From a virus: DNA of 64,000 nt. Position numbers and translations under genes: made by a program. The DNA lies in IMG/VR virus record IMGVR_UViG_3300036770_005084, positions 64,001 through 128,000 of that record; one strand, written 5' to 3'. Positions 43,757 through 53,505 of this stretch are shown here, in pieces. How positions within the stretch are numbered: position 1 is the stretch's first letter; each line of letters opens with the position of its first letter. Below the pieces are notes generated by a model. It did no database searches and was not told where the DNA came from. It saw nothing but the letters and a program-made list of their open reading frames with translations.

Positions 43757-45202
43757 TTAACTTTGTGTTGAGGTTGGAGAATCCCATCCTGCACTATCAT
43801 ATTCGTAAGTATAATCATCATTATAAAGTGGTAGCAATTCAGTAAATCCCAATTGTAGTGTCAATGCTACTGGTTGCGAGTCATCTTCGTATGAATTATA
43901 TATTCCATCTGGGGTATAGTTTATATTGCATTGTTGTAATGCACATGTTTTTATCTTTCCAATTGTATTAAGATCTCCCCTAGGACCTTTAAAATGAATA
44001 TCAAACACCATAGGAGCACCTAAGAAGAATGAACTTGCACCTTCAGATGATCTTAATGGTGCCATTCCCTTTTTGAAGAATTTTACAATTTTTCTAATTT
44101 GTACAGATTCAGTTTTACTTCTTGGGGCAAGTTTGAACTGGAATCCAAAACTTCTTAGTTTAGGACCTTGGAATAAAAGTTCTAGGTTTGGATTGATTGA
44201 AGTACCAGTCACTCTAGATCTAAATGCTTCTGGGTCAATGTTAATACCAACTTTTTTTGTAAGTGCTGCTGCAGCATTTAAGGTGAGTAACTGTTTAATG
44301 ATTGGTTGTGCATCTCCAGAGATTGTAACCTTAGATAAATCTGCAACTGCAGATCCAAGTTCTTGAAGATTTACAACAGATATCCCAGACGCTAATTTTA
44401 GTGCACCACCTCCCAATAGTGCTGCTAAACTAGATAAACTATTTTCCCCCCAAGCAGTTACATTAGATTCTGAAATATCATTTGGCATTGGCAAAACAAC
44501 AGATCCAATTACTTCTGATGGAGTTGTTGCAAATCTATCTTTTTGAATTTTCTTATAGAAATCGACAGTTACTTCTCCAGTCTCTTCTACTGGAATATAT
44601 TTTCTTTGAACTATAACAATCCTATCCTGCGATTGATCCATATTCTCGGGATATGAAATATTTTGTGATAGTTTTTCATTATTTCTAGAACCTGCTTTAT
44701 AAAAATCATTTATTGTTGTTCCAAATATATTTTGAGGAGTATTATCAGTTCCATTATCTGAACTTCCTACTTCAGTTTCTGTGTCATCATCACTTTCTCC
44801 ACTTGGTCTATCTTTTGGTGCAGGTTCTGCATTAGGATCAATTATACCAACACTCTTTGCTCTTGCAGTAACTTCATTTTGGGAGTAATTTCTGAGTAAT
44901 TCTGTTACTTCTGGTCCTGCTCCATATTTGCTTTTAGCAGCTGCAGCAAAATCATTGATAGTAGTATACTGACTAAAATCAAGGATATTACCTGGACCAA
45001 ATTTGTAAAGTATTCTTCCGGTGTTAGCTATTGAATAGTGAGGTACATCGTCAAGATTTTCTCCAGGCAAGACTTTCCTCATAGGAATAAATCCAGTTGG
45101 ATTTGAAATAGATATAGTGTTTAGTTTTGGATCCACATTAACTGGAGTTTTTGTTGGAAGTGATTTACCACTTTCCGGTTTCCAGTTTACTTTAAGTGAC
45201 AT
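43757..45202 (-). CDS. 48: Baseplate tail-tube cap gp48
   Basis: LPMP, NPNLELLFQGPKLRSFGFQFKLAPRS..E, CAL....NYTP, LGFTEL. Confidence 0.85.
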   Translation of the reverse strand: MSLKVNWKPESGKSLPTKTPVNVDPKLNTISISNPTGFIPMRKVLPGENLDDVPHYSIANTGRILYKFGPGNILDFSQYTTINDFAAAAKSKYGAGPEVTELLRNYSQNEVTARAKSVGIIDPNAEPAPKDRPSGESDDDTETEVGSSDNGTDNTPQNIFGTTINDFYKAGSRNNEKLSQNISYPENMDQSQDRIVIVQRKYIPVEETGEVTVDFYKKIQKDRFATTPSEVIGSVVLPMPNDISESNVTAWGENSLSSLAALLGGGALKLASGISVVNLQELGSAVADLSKVTISGDAQPIIKQLLTLNAAAALTKKVGINIDPEAFRSRVTGTSINPNLELLFQGPKLRSFGFQFKLAPRSKTESVQIRKIVKFFKKGMAPLRSSEGASSFFLGAPMVFDIHFKGPRGDLNTIGKIKTCALQQCNINYTPDGIYNSYEDDSQPVALTLQLGFTELLPLYNDDYTYEYDSAGWDSPTSTQS

Positions 45203-45763
45203 TTATTTACCCCAAACTATATCGGAAGGAATTGGTATTTCTACACCACCCAAGTCCCTGACAAATTCTTCCACTGGCAATAGGCATATTGTATCCCATT
45301 CTCTAGTATCAAAGTCTAAAAACGGACTGCGGACTTCTGTTAATAAGTATTTATGTGCTCCTTTAGTGAACCTTGGAATCTTATTTTCTGCTAAAGATCT
45401 AGCAATACCAACTCTTTCTTCTGGACTATAGTAATGTAGATTTACTCCAAAGAAATAGTTTGGTTGAAAATCTAAAATATATGTTAATGGATATTTGTCA
45501 TAAAATGGTAGATCTCTTCTCCACTTTGCTCTATATTCATAGAACATTAAACTAAACAATCTTGGAAATGATCTAATGATGTTTTGATCTCTTCCACCCA
45601 TCTCATCAACGTCATCATATTTTTCGGCATTGATTAAAGATTTTTTATTTTTTTCATATTTCATAGTTCTTGCAAAGAACATTTGAGATCTATACCAACT
45701 TTTTGATTGTTGTTTTCCTCCAGTTTTTTGCGTTACTTCTTCGAAGATAGTATTATACGCCAA
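45203..45763 (-). CDS. 2: DNA end protector gp2-like
   Basis: YRAKW...LPFYDKYPL, GVNLHY, HKYL, LPVEEF. Confidence 0.75.
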   Translation of the reverse strand: MAYNTIFEEVTQKTGGKQQSKSWYRSQMFFARTMKYEKNKKSLINAEKYDDVDEMGGRDQNIIRSFPRLFSLMFYEYRAKWRRDLPFYDKYPLTYILDFQPNYFFGVNLHYYSPEERVGIARSLAENKIPRFTKGAHKYLLTEVRSPFLDFDTREWDTICLLPVEEFVRDLGGVEIPIPSDIVWGK

Positions 45764-46187
45764 GATTATCCTCCGTTAGTATCTGGAAATTCCATCTTCT
45801 ATCTTCACAAAATTCTTTTGCTGCTTTCCATTTTGCTTGGTTCTTTGCATATTCCCGAATTTCATATAATTGTTTTTTACTAATTCTCTTCTTTTGTTCG
45901 GGTAGATTCACTTGTCGTTTTGGTTTTATTTCAATCAAACTTTCTTTAATGGATCCATCAGTTGTTTTATATTTAATGTAAAAATCTGGGAAGTACTTAT
46001 GAACTCTATTATCTATTGGAGATAGGTAAGGAATCCATATTTCTTCAGATGACCACTTCAATATATTCTCATTATTATCACAATAAACCATAAATTTTCT
46101 TTCCCACAGTGAACGATACACTATGTTGGTTGAATCACCGATGTATTTTTTGGGGTATGAAGGTTTGTATATACCTTTATAACTCAT
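45753..46187 (-). CDS. 4: Head completion nuclease gp4
   Basis: YRSLWERKFM, WSSEE, YFPDF, IEIKP, NQAKW.AA, ILTE. Confidence 0.9.
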   Translation of the reverse strand: MSYKGIYKPSYPKKYIGDSTNIVYRSLWERKFMVYCDNNENILKWSSEEIWIPYLSPIDNRVHKYFPDFYIKYKTTDGSIKESLIEIKPKRQVNLPEQKKRISKKQLYEIREYAKNQAKWKAAKEFCEDRRWNFQILTEDNLGV

Positions 46188-46217
46188 ACATATAATATAG
46201 ACACTTAAGTTATTTAG

Positions 46218-46919
46218 ATGGCATTTCCGGTAGACCCAAAAAATACTTATATTAATGATGGTCTGTATAAAAATGTTGGAAGTACAAAATCTTTAATAGA
46301 AAGTTTTTTAAACTTATCATTAACATCAACTTTTGCAGTTGATATGAAAGTTGGTCCATTGATTGACAACATGAATAAAAAAATGGGAACAAATTATGAA
46401 AAAATATACGCAGAAAAACTAGGAATTTTAGCATATGAAGCAGTTATTCCTGGATCTTCTGTAGAGACGGGACAAATATTTGGTGATCGACAAGGAGTGA
46501 CTGAAACATATATTACAAGAAGAATATATCCACCAGTTGATGTTAGTTTTTATATTCAAAATGACTACAAATCTATAGAATTTTTTGAAGATTGGATGTC
46601 ATTTGCATCATCTCAAAATTTAAATTCTACTTCACTAACTAAATTTTCACGTTTAAATTATCCAAATGAGTATAAATGCAATATTAATATTGTGAAATAC
46701 GAAAGAGACTTGAGACCAAAACCACAAAAATTAACTGCTAGAGGTGATGCTGGTGGAATAAATGATCCAAGAACATATACACACTCTTTGATTAATGCGT
46801 ATCCAGTTAATATTATTTCTCTTCCAGTTTCATATGAACAGACTTCATTGTTAAGAACGACTATTACTTTCAATTATGATAGATACTTTAAGCAAACTAA
46901 TAAAGGGGTAAGTCTATAG
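46218..46919 (+). CDS. Tail-tube-fold baseplate protein (gp54-like)
   Basis: IPG, FFEDWM, YPNEY, NAYP, TFNYDRY. Confidence 0.65.
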   Translation: MAFPVDPKNTYINDGLYKNVGSTKSLIESFLNLSLTSTFAVDMKVGPLIDNMNKKMGTNYEKIYAEKLGILAYEAVIPGSSVETGQIFGDRQGVTETYITRRIYPPVDVSFYIQNDYKSIEFFEDWMSFASSQNLNSTSLTKFSRLNYPNEYKCNINIVKYERDLRPKPQKLTARGDAGGINDPRTYTHSLINAYPVNIISLPVSYEQTSLLRTTITFNYDRYFKQTNKGVSL

Positions 46920-46955
46920 GGATAAATAAAAGTACTGACATTATAATCAAAAATT

Positions 46956-47687
46956 ATGCCTTTACCTAAAATTGCAACTCCGACATATGAGTTGATTTTA
47001 CCTTCAACAAAAAAAGCAGTTAAGTATCGACCATTTTTAGTCAAAGAAGAAAAAATTCTTATTCTCGCAATGGAGAGTGGAAACTTTGAAGAGATTATGA
47101 ATGCGATTAAAACAACACTAAAGGATTGCATTTTAACTAGAGGTATTAAAGTAGAAACTCTTCCAAGTTTTGATATTGAATATCTATTCTTAAATATCAG
47201 GGCAAAGTCTGTAGGAGAATCTGTAGAATTAACAGTTACTTGTCCAGATGATAATGAAACAAAAGTTGATGTTGAAGTTTATATTGATGAAATTGCAGTA
47301 GTTATTCCTGAAGGTCATACAACTGATGTTAAAGTTGATGATAATATCACAATTAAAATGAAGTATCCTTCACTCAAAGAGTTTGTTGAGAATAATTTTG
47401 ATTTCTCCGATCAAAATGATAGTGAAGAGACTATTAATAAATCATTTGAAATCGTTGCTTCCTGTATTGATATGGTATATACAAAGGATGACTCTTGGGC
47501 ATCAAGTGAAGTAACAAAGAAAGAATTAATTTCTTGGTTAGAAACTATGGATTCTAACCAGTTTAAAGGAATTGAAAAGTTTTTTGATACTATGCCAAAA
47601 CTATCTCATACAATGAAAATTGTAAATCCAAAAACTAAAGTTGAAAACGAAATTGTACTGGAGGGACTGTCAAGTTTTTTCGGATAA
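46956..47687 (+). CDS. 26: Baseplate hub assembly protein gp26
   Basis: MPLPKI.TPTY, YRPFLVKEEK, FDIEYLFLNIRAKSVGE, LEGL.SFF. Confidence 0.92.
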   Translation: MPLPKIATPTYELILPSTKKAVKYRPFLVKEEKILILAMESGNFEEIMNAIKTTLKDCILTRGIKVETLPSFDIEYLFLNIRAKSVGESVELTVTCPDDNETKVDVEVYIDEIAVVIPEGHTTDVKVDDNITIKMKYPSLKEFVENNFDFSDQNDSEETINKSFEIVASCIDMVYTKDDSWASSEVTKKELISWLETMDSNQFKGIEKFFDTMPKLSHTMKIVNPKTKVENEIVLEGLSSFFG

Positions 47688-47869
47688 TGATGAGTCATGA
47701 AGACTTATCAACTTATTTTAGAATTAACTTTGCATTGATGCAGTATCATAAATATTCATTAACTGAAATTGAAAATATGATTCCATGGGAAAGAGAAATA
47801 TATCTATCATTACTTGAGCAGCATATTAAGGAAGAAGAAGAAAAGGCATCAAGAAAACAAAGTCTCTAA
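47687..47869 (+). CDS. Baseplate hub assembly catalyst (gp51-like)
   Basis: NFALMQYHKYSLTEIENMIPWEREIY. Confidence 0.8.
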   Translation: MMSHEDLSTYFRINFALMQYHKYSLTEIENMIPWEREIYLSLLEQHIKEEEEKASRKQSL

Positions 47870-47871
47870 CA

Positions 47872-50166
47872 ATGGAAACAGTAGATCTAGTACAATATAA
47901 AAAACAAAGACTAAGGGAGGAACTTCAAAAGTTAGTTCCTCCTGGGTTTAATTTGTTTCCACCTCCAAAAAATAGGGGGAATACTTATGATAATCTAGAT
48001 AAATTTTTAGAAAGAGATACTGAGTTTTTAATGAAAGTTGGATATTTAGTTCCAACAAATAGAGGGTATGATACTGCAATACAACATCTAAGATATTTTG
48101 GATATCCCATTGGCAAATATAAAGAAGCAGAAAATGTAGGGTCTTTTTATGGTGATGATCAGTTAAATAAAGATCTTAGGGAAGCATGTGATTATACTAT
48201 TCGATTTTATGATCTTGCTGAAATAACACTAGCAAGAATTGAGGATGAAGTTGATACTCAATTAAAATTAATTCAGAACGAAAGAGATAAAGAAAAGAGA
48301 GATTTAGAAAAGACTGAGGAGAAAAAACAAAAGGCATCTTCATTTATTTCTGGTGCTACTAGTTTTAGACCAGGTAAATCAGTTCGTATAAAAACTACGA
48401 AGATACCTGGAATAATCCCAAAGAAAATAACCTCTCAAAATATTGTTGATAATATATCCAAACCATCTGAGCAAGATGTACAGGTAACTAATATTCCACC
48501 AATTGTTCCGAAGAGAACTCCTCCAGAGCAAATTGCAGCAAGAGTTCAGAATAAGTCTGATGATGAGTCAATCTCTGGTGGAGGAGTTACATCATCACTT
48601 GCAAAATTATCTTTAAATCTAGATCAAACTAATGAAAATCTAGAAGCAATTGCTGATATTATAATTGAAGATATAAAAAATTCGAAAAATATTAATGATA
48701 AAGAGAAGGAAGAATATAGAAAAAGAATTGCAAATCGTGGAAGAAGAATTGGAAAGCAAGATCTTGGAAGTAGTAAAGTTGATGTTAGCAATTTAGTAAA
48801 AACTTATGCAGGGAATTTCTTCTCAGGTGCTGGTGGAGCAATAAGAACATTATCATTATTCAATCTTCTTGAAGGATTGATGAGTGGTGATCCTTCAAAA
48901 ATTTTAGGTCCATTGTTAGGAATTGGAGTAACATATTTACCTGCTATTGGTGCTGCTATAGCAGGTCTAATGGCAAAGAAAGTTGCACAATCTATCTTTG
49001 GTGGTGGAGGAAAACCAAGTGTTACTCCAGGAGGTAGAACTCCTACTGCTCCACAAACACCAACTAAGTTAGGAAAATTTGGAAAGTTTGCTGCAATTGC
49101 ATCTTTAGGAGCAGGTGCACTTTCATTAGGATCTGCTTTCTTATCGAATAGAGATCAACCTGAGGATATTCAGAAAGAAAGATTATCTGAATTGGAGATA
49201 GAACAAAAATCAAAAACAGAAGTTTTAGATAAACCATCAGCAATACCAGATTCTGATCTCAAAAGATTCCAAGAATTAAATCTAAAATTTGAAAAGGCAT
49301 TGGATTTCTTATTGAAAAAGCAGCAGGAACGTGAGGAAGCAATCTCCAGAAGACCATCAGGAGGTCCTGGTGGTGGAGGAGGTGGTGGTGGAGGTCAACT
49401 TATAGAAGGTGAGGCACCTGCAGAGATTGATGCATTAATGTCTGCTATTTCTGGGGGTGAAGGTGGATTAGAATCTGTAAATAGAATTGGTGCAATGCCT
49501 GGATTGTCTGAGTTGACAATAGATGAAGCAATTGCAAAAGTTGAGTCTTTAAGGGCAAAGGGAAAAACTTCTGGTGCAATGGGTAGAATGCAACAGATGT
49601 CATATTATCTTAAAGATAGGGCAATTGCTGCCGGTCTTGATCCGACAAAGGATAAATTCAATGAGGAAAATCAGTATAAAATTGATAGAAGTTACTTGGC
49701 ATCACTATTTTCCGGAGGAGAACGTGAAATTCTTGAGATGTTAAAAAAACCAAATGGCATAGAAGAAGTTGTTAGAAAACTTAAAGGAGTTTGGCCATCA
49801 GTACCAACAGGAGAACAGGAAAATGTACATACTCCTGGGTTCTATGATAGGTATAGAAATATATTGAAAAACTTAAAAGAAAAAGAAGTTGATACTAAAA
49901 AACCTGAGGAAGAAGATTCAAAAGATTCAAAAACTACAAAGGGTCCAGACGTAAGTGCGTTGCCTAGAAATATTCCTAGGATAGAAACCCCAGTATCTTC
50001 TGAGGTTAATTTTCTTCCATTGCCCATAAATGGAGGACAAGATAAACCTTCACAAAAATTATCAGATGGTGATGAAGGAGGTTCTTCAATTCCAAATGTA
50101 CTGACTACCAATCCAGATAATTTTCTAGCACTCAATACAAAATTAAGACTTCAGGTAGTTGCTTAA
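47872..50166 (+). CDS. Large baseplate-hub/tape-measure-like protein with lysozyme-like domain
   Basis: Coiled coils, Gly/Ala hydrophobic stretch, Gly linker, LMSAISGGEGG...GAMGRMQ...F.EENQ...W.S. Confidence 0.55.
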   Translation: METVDLVQYKKQRLREELQKLVPPGFNLFPPPKNRGNTYDNLDKFLERDTEFLMKVGYLVPTNRGYDTAIQHLRYFGYPIGKYKEAENVGSFYGDDQLNKDLREACDYTIRFYDLAEITLARIEDEVDTQLKLIQNERDKEKRDLEKTEEKKQKASSFISGATSFRPGKSVRIKTTKIPGIIPKKITSQNIVDNISKPSEQDVQVTNIPPIVPKRTPPEQIAARVQNKSDDESISGGGVTSSLAKLSLNLDQTNENLEAIADIIIEDIKNSKNINDKEKEEYRKRIANRGRRIGKQDLGSSKVDVSNLVKTYAGNFFSGAGGAIRTLSLFNLLEGLMSGDPSKILGPLLGIGVTYLPAIGAAIAGLMAKKVAQSIFGGGGKPSVTPGGRTPTAPQTPTKLGKFGKFAAIASLGAGALSLGSAFLSNRDQPEDIQKERLSELEIEQKSKTEVLDKPSAIPDSDLKRFQELNLKFEKALDFLLKKQQEREEAISRRPSGGPGGGGGGGGGQLIEGEAPAEIDALMSAISGGEGGLESVNRIGAMPGLSELTIDEAIAKVESLRAKGKTSGAMGRMQQMSYYLKDRAIAAGLDPTKDKFNEENQYKIDRSYLASLFSGGEREILEMLKKPNGIEEVVRKLKGVWPSVPTGEQENVHTPGFYDRYRNILKNLKEKEVDTKKPEEEDSKDSKTTKGPDVSALPRNIPRIETPVSSEVNFLPLPINGGQDKPSQKLSDGDEGGSSIPNVLTTNPDNFLALNTKLRLQVVA

Positions 50167-50170
50167 TAAA

Positions 50171-52207
50171 ATGGAACAACAAGTACAAAATAAACCAAAA
50201 AGAATATTAAGAAGAACTCCAAAAATTAATATTACAAGTATATCACCTATACTGAAAACTTCTGAAGATATTAAAAAGACTACAAAGAAGTTAAGAAGAA
50301 CTTTTGAAAGAAGAACATATCTAAAAGGAACTCATTTATCAGTTCTTAATAGATATAAAAAAAGACTAGACTCTATTGAAAGAGCACAGGAAGAACAAAG
50401 ACAAAGAGCATCTAGAAAAAAATATAAAGCACCAGATATTAAGAAGTTTGCCGGTAAATTCTTTGCTCCTGGATCTAGTGATGATCCTTTTAAGGCAATA
50501 GGTTCTTTAGCAGCATTTAATGCACTTACAAGTTTTTCTGAGGGAAAAGTATTAGATGCTTTAACACCAGCATTAATTGCTGCTGGAATGTTTGCTGGTC
50601 CTGGGTTAATTGGTGCAGGAATAAGTAAAATCTTCGACCGAGGATCAAAACCAACAACAGGAGTTGATGTTTCTGGAAGGAGAGTTCCTAAGTCTGCACA
50701 GCAAAGATATCTTTCTAGATATGGAGAGAAGGCATTTAGATCTAGGTTTGGAAACCAAGCACTAAAAAATTTACAGAAACCAGATCCAAGTATTACTCCA
50801 AAGGGAACTAGTATTGGTGCCAGAACTTCAAAAGCATTTTCTAGATTAGGAAAATCTATTATTCCAGGAGTCGGAGCAGTTTTTGGTGGAATAGATGCAG
50901 AATTAAGAAGACGTGAGGGTGATTATACTGGAGCAGCAATTTCTGGGGCATCTGCTGCATTAGATGCTGCAACTGCTGCTTCTGCTGCAACTGGGATTGG
51001 TCTTGTTGCTGCTCCATTTTTAGGAATTGCATCAATTGCATTAGATCTAGTAAACTTTACTAGAGATATTATTGGAATGAGTGAAAAAGAATCTGAAAGA
51101 AACAAAACAAAAATAAACAAACCTTCAGAAGATAAAATTAAAGAAAGATTAAAGGAGCAAACTAAACTTCAAAAAGAACAAGTTTCTCAGATAGACAAAA
51201 AAGAACCTGAGGGAACACTATCATTTTCACAAACATTAATAGGATACGATAGAGTTGTAACTAAATTTGAGAAATTTTCAGAGAGTTTTAAAATACAATT
51301 GCCAGAAGAAGATCCTGACTATGCAAATTTTAGAGCATCTGAAGTAGAACGTACAACAGGTCTCATGGGTCCAGTGGATGAACCTGGATATGAATTTACA
51401 AAGTATTTAAGTCAATATCTTACTGGAGATCCAGATAGTCCTTCTTATGATTATTATCATGGAACAGTAAGTAATTACCATGATCACTTAGCATTTAAAG
51501 ATCGTGAAACTGCAATTAGAGCATATGAATTTTTAAAATCTAAAGGATTAGATGTTACTGAATTGACAGGGTTTGGTGCTGGAGTTACTGGACCACATAG
51601 TGGAGCAGGGTCAATGCACCATTCTGGTCTCGCATTTGATGTTCCTGGATATCAATGGCAAGGAAGTGGTCCTATTGGAGAAAGAGAATTTAGAGGATCT
51701 AGACTGGTTCGACAATATATGAATGAATTTTTCAAGAATGAAATTGAAAGAGATAAGAAAAAAACTGCTCCAAAACCAACTCCAAAACCAACTTTAAAGG
51801 GGCAACCAAAGGGATACGGAAAAGTTCTTAATAACGAATATTTTTATTTGGATGGAAAGTATTGGGAAAGAAAAGATAATTCTACAAAAGAAATTGATAA
51901 AGAAACATATAAAGCAATTAGAGATAACCATAGAACTGGATTTGGATTGCCATCGTATAAAGATATTCCATTGCCATCTGAAGTATCCATAGTTCCTCAA
52001 AAAAATGAACAGATTGCAAGATCAATTGAAACTTATCCAACATATGATAATAAAAAAATTACAGTTCCTTTGCCAATAATAAATAACCCAGGATCAGAAC
52101 AAATTGCAATGACTCCAAGCAGTCCTGGGATAAGTATGCCATCAGTAAATCGACAAAATACAACATCAGATTTCTTCAAAAAAATTCTACTTAACGAATT
52201 GGCATAA
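50171..52207 (+). CDS. Large baseplate-hub/tape-measure-like protein with Zn-peptidase-like domain
   Basis: Ala/Gly hydrophobic stretch; HDH plus SMHHSGLAFD motifs; ATG at 50171 preferred. Confidence 0.55.
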   Translation: MEQQVQNKPKRILRRTPKINITSISPILKTSEDIKKTTKKLRRTFERRTYLKGTHLSVLNRYKKRLDSIERAQEEQRQRASRKKYKAPDIKKFAGKFFAPGSSDDPFKAIGSLAAFNALTSFSEGKVLDALTPALIAAGMFAGPGLIGAGISKIFDRGSKPTTGVDVSGRRVPKSAQQRYLSRYGEKAFRSRFGNQALKNLQKPDPSITPKGTSIGARTSKAFSRLGKSIIPGVGAVFGGIDAELRRREGDYTGAAISGASAALDAATAASAATGIGLVAAPFLGIASIALDLVNFTRDIIGMSEKESERNKTKINKPSEDKIKERLKEQTKLQKEQVSQIDKKEPEGTLSFSQTLIGYDRVVTKFEKFSESFKIQLPEEDPDYANFRASEVERTTGLMGPVDEPGYEFTKYLSQYLTGDPDSPSYDYYHGTVSNYHDHLAFKDRETAIRAYEFLKSKGLDVTELTGFGAGVTGPHSGAGSMHHSGLAFDVPGYQWQGSGPIGEREFRGSRLVRQYMNEFFKNEIERDKKKTAPKPTPKPTLKGQPKGYGKVLNNEYFYLDGKYWERKDNSTKEIDKETYKAIRDNHRTGFGLPSYKDIPLPSEVSIVPQKNEQIARSIETYPTYDNKKITVPLPIINNPGSEQIAMTPSSPGISMPSVNRQNTTSDFFKKILLNELA

Positions 52208-53505
52208 TGGCATCCTTTTTTAACTATAAAATACAAGAATTCATTATAGAATCTTTAGATGGTTCGAAAAATATAGATGCGACTTCTTGTGTTTCCTCGA
52301 TTAAATATTTTGAAGATTTATTTTCACCATCAATTTTTATAACGATGGTGCTTGCAAATACTGATGGGTTATTAACTTCTCTTCCAATTCGTGGTGGTGA
52401 AAGAGTAAGATTAAAGTTATATCAAGAGGCAACTAATTTATATCTATCATTTGAAGAATTAAAAAATCCTTTGTACATATACAAAGTTTATGGATCAACA
52501 TCAGAATCTACCAGAGAAGTTTTTGCTATTGATTTAGCACCTGCAGAAGTGTTTTCAAATGAAACCACAAGAGTTTTTAATAGATATCCAGAATCTGGTG
52601 AGGGTCAGTTAATTAGTGATTCTGTTGAAAAAATATTAAACGATGTTTTGAAGACAAATAAAGTTCGTCAAATTGAAAGATCTGCCAATAGTTATTCTTT
52701 TTATGGAAATTCAAAAAAACCATTTGGTGTATTGACTTGGTTATGCCCAAAGGCAATACCTACCATTGGAAAGTCCTCAACTACAGAAGGAACTGCTGGA
52801 TTTTTATTCTATGAAAATAGGGATGGTTATCATTTTAGAAGTGTTGATACATTAATGGGTGGATTAATTCCATCATCTTCAGATCAATCTGATTTTATTA
52901 CATATTATTATGATGAGACTGCTACAAATTATGCATCTAGAAGTACAAATACGAAAATTTTAACAATACCAACTTTCGAAAGGAATGAAAACGTATTTGA
53001 AAATATGCGGATTGGTATGTATTCAAGTTTAAATATATTTTTTGATTTAAATACTAAACAATATAATGAATATCAGTATAAATTATCCGATAGTTATGAT
53101 ACTATGAAGCATGTTTCTTCTAGATCAGATAAACCAAAAATTCCTATGGATTTGGAGAATAGTCCCACAAGACTAATGGTTGGATTTATAGATACAATAG
53201 TATCTTCTCCACTTGGAACAAAAGTAGACGCAAAATTTGATGAAAGAGTAAAGTATCAATCCCAATCTGTTGCTAGATATAATCTTGCATTTAGGCAGTT
53301 TTTAAATATTACAATTCCATTAAACTTTAATTTGAAAGTTGGAGATGTAATTAGAATAGATATTGGTAAGATTTCAAAAACAAGTAAGGAAAAAGATCAA
53401 GAAAAGTCGGGTTTATATTTGATTAAAGAATTGGCACACGATTTCTCAGATATTAAAGGATATACTGGACTTAAATTAATTAGAGATTCTTACGGAGCAA
53501 GATAA
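52207..53505 (+). CDS. Baseplate hub protein (gp27-like)
   Basis: YFEDL.SP, LPIRGGE, FLFYENRDGYHFRS, SGLYLI..L.H, L.RDS; directly upstream of gp5. Confidence 0.6.
   Translation: MASFFNYKIQEFIIESLDGSKNIDATSCVSSIKYFEDLFSPSIFITMVLANTDGLLTSLPIRGGERVRLKLYQEATNLYLSFEELKNPLYIYKVYGSTSESTREVFAIDLAPAEVFSNETTRVFNRYPESGEGQLISDSVEKILNDVLKTNKVRQIERSANSYSFYGNSKKPFGVLTWLCPKAIPTIGKSSTTEGTAGFLFYENRDGYHFRSVDTLMGGLIPSSSDQSDFITYYYDETATNYASRSTNTKILTIPTFERNENVFENMRIGMYSSLNIFFDLNTKQYNEYQYKLSDSYDTMKHVSSRSDKPKIPMDLENSPTRLMVGFIDTIVSSPLGTKVDAKFDERVKYQSQSVARYNLAFRQFLNITIPLNFNLKVGDVIRIDIGKISKTSKEKDQEKSGLYLIKELAHDFSDIKGYTGLKLIRDSYGAR

Noticed and set aside
49362-49396. GGT/GGA run as a possible G-quadruplex or repeat element
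   Set aside because: Simply encodes a poly-Gly linker before the lysozyme-like domain.
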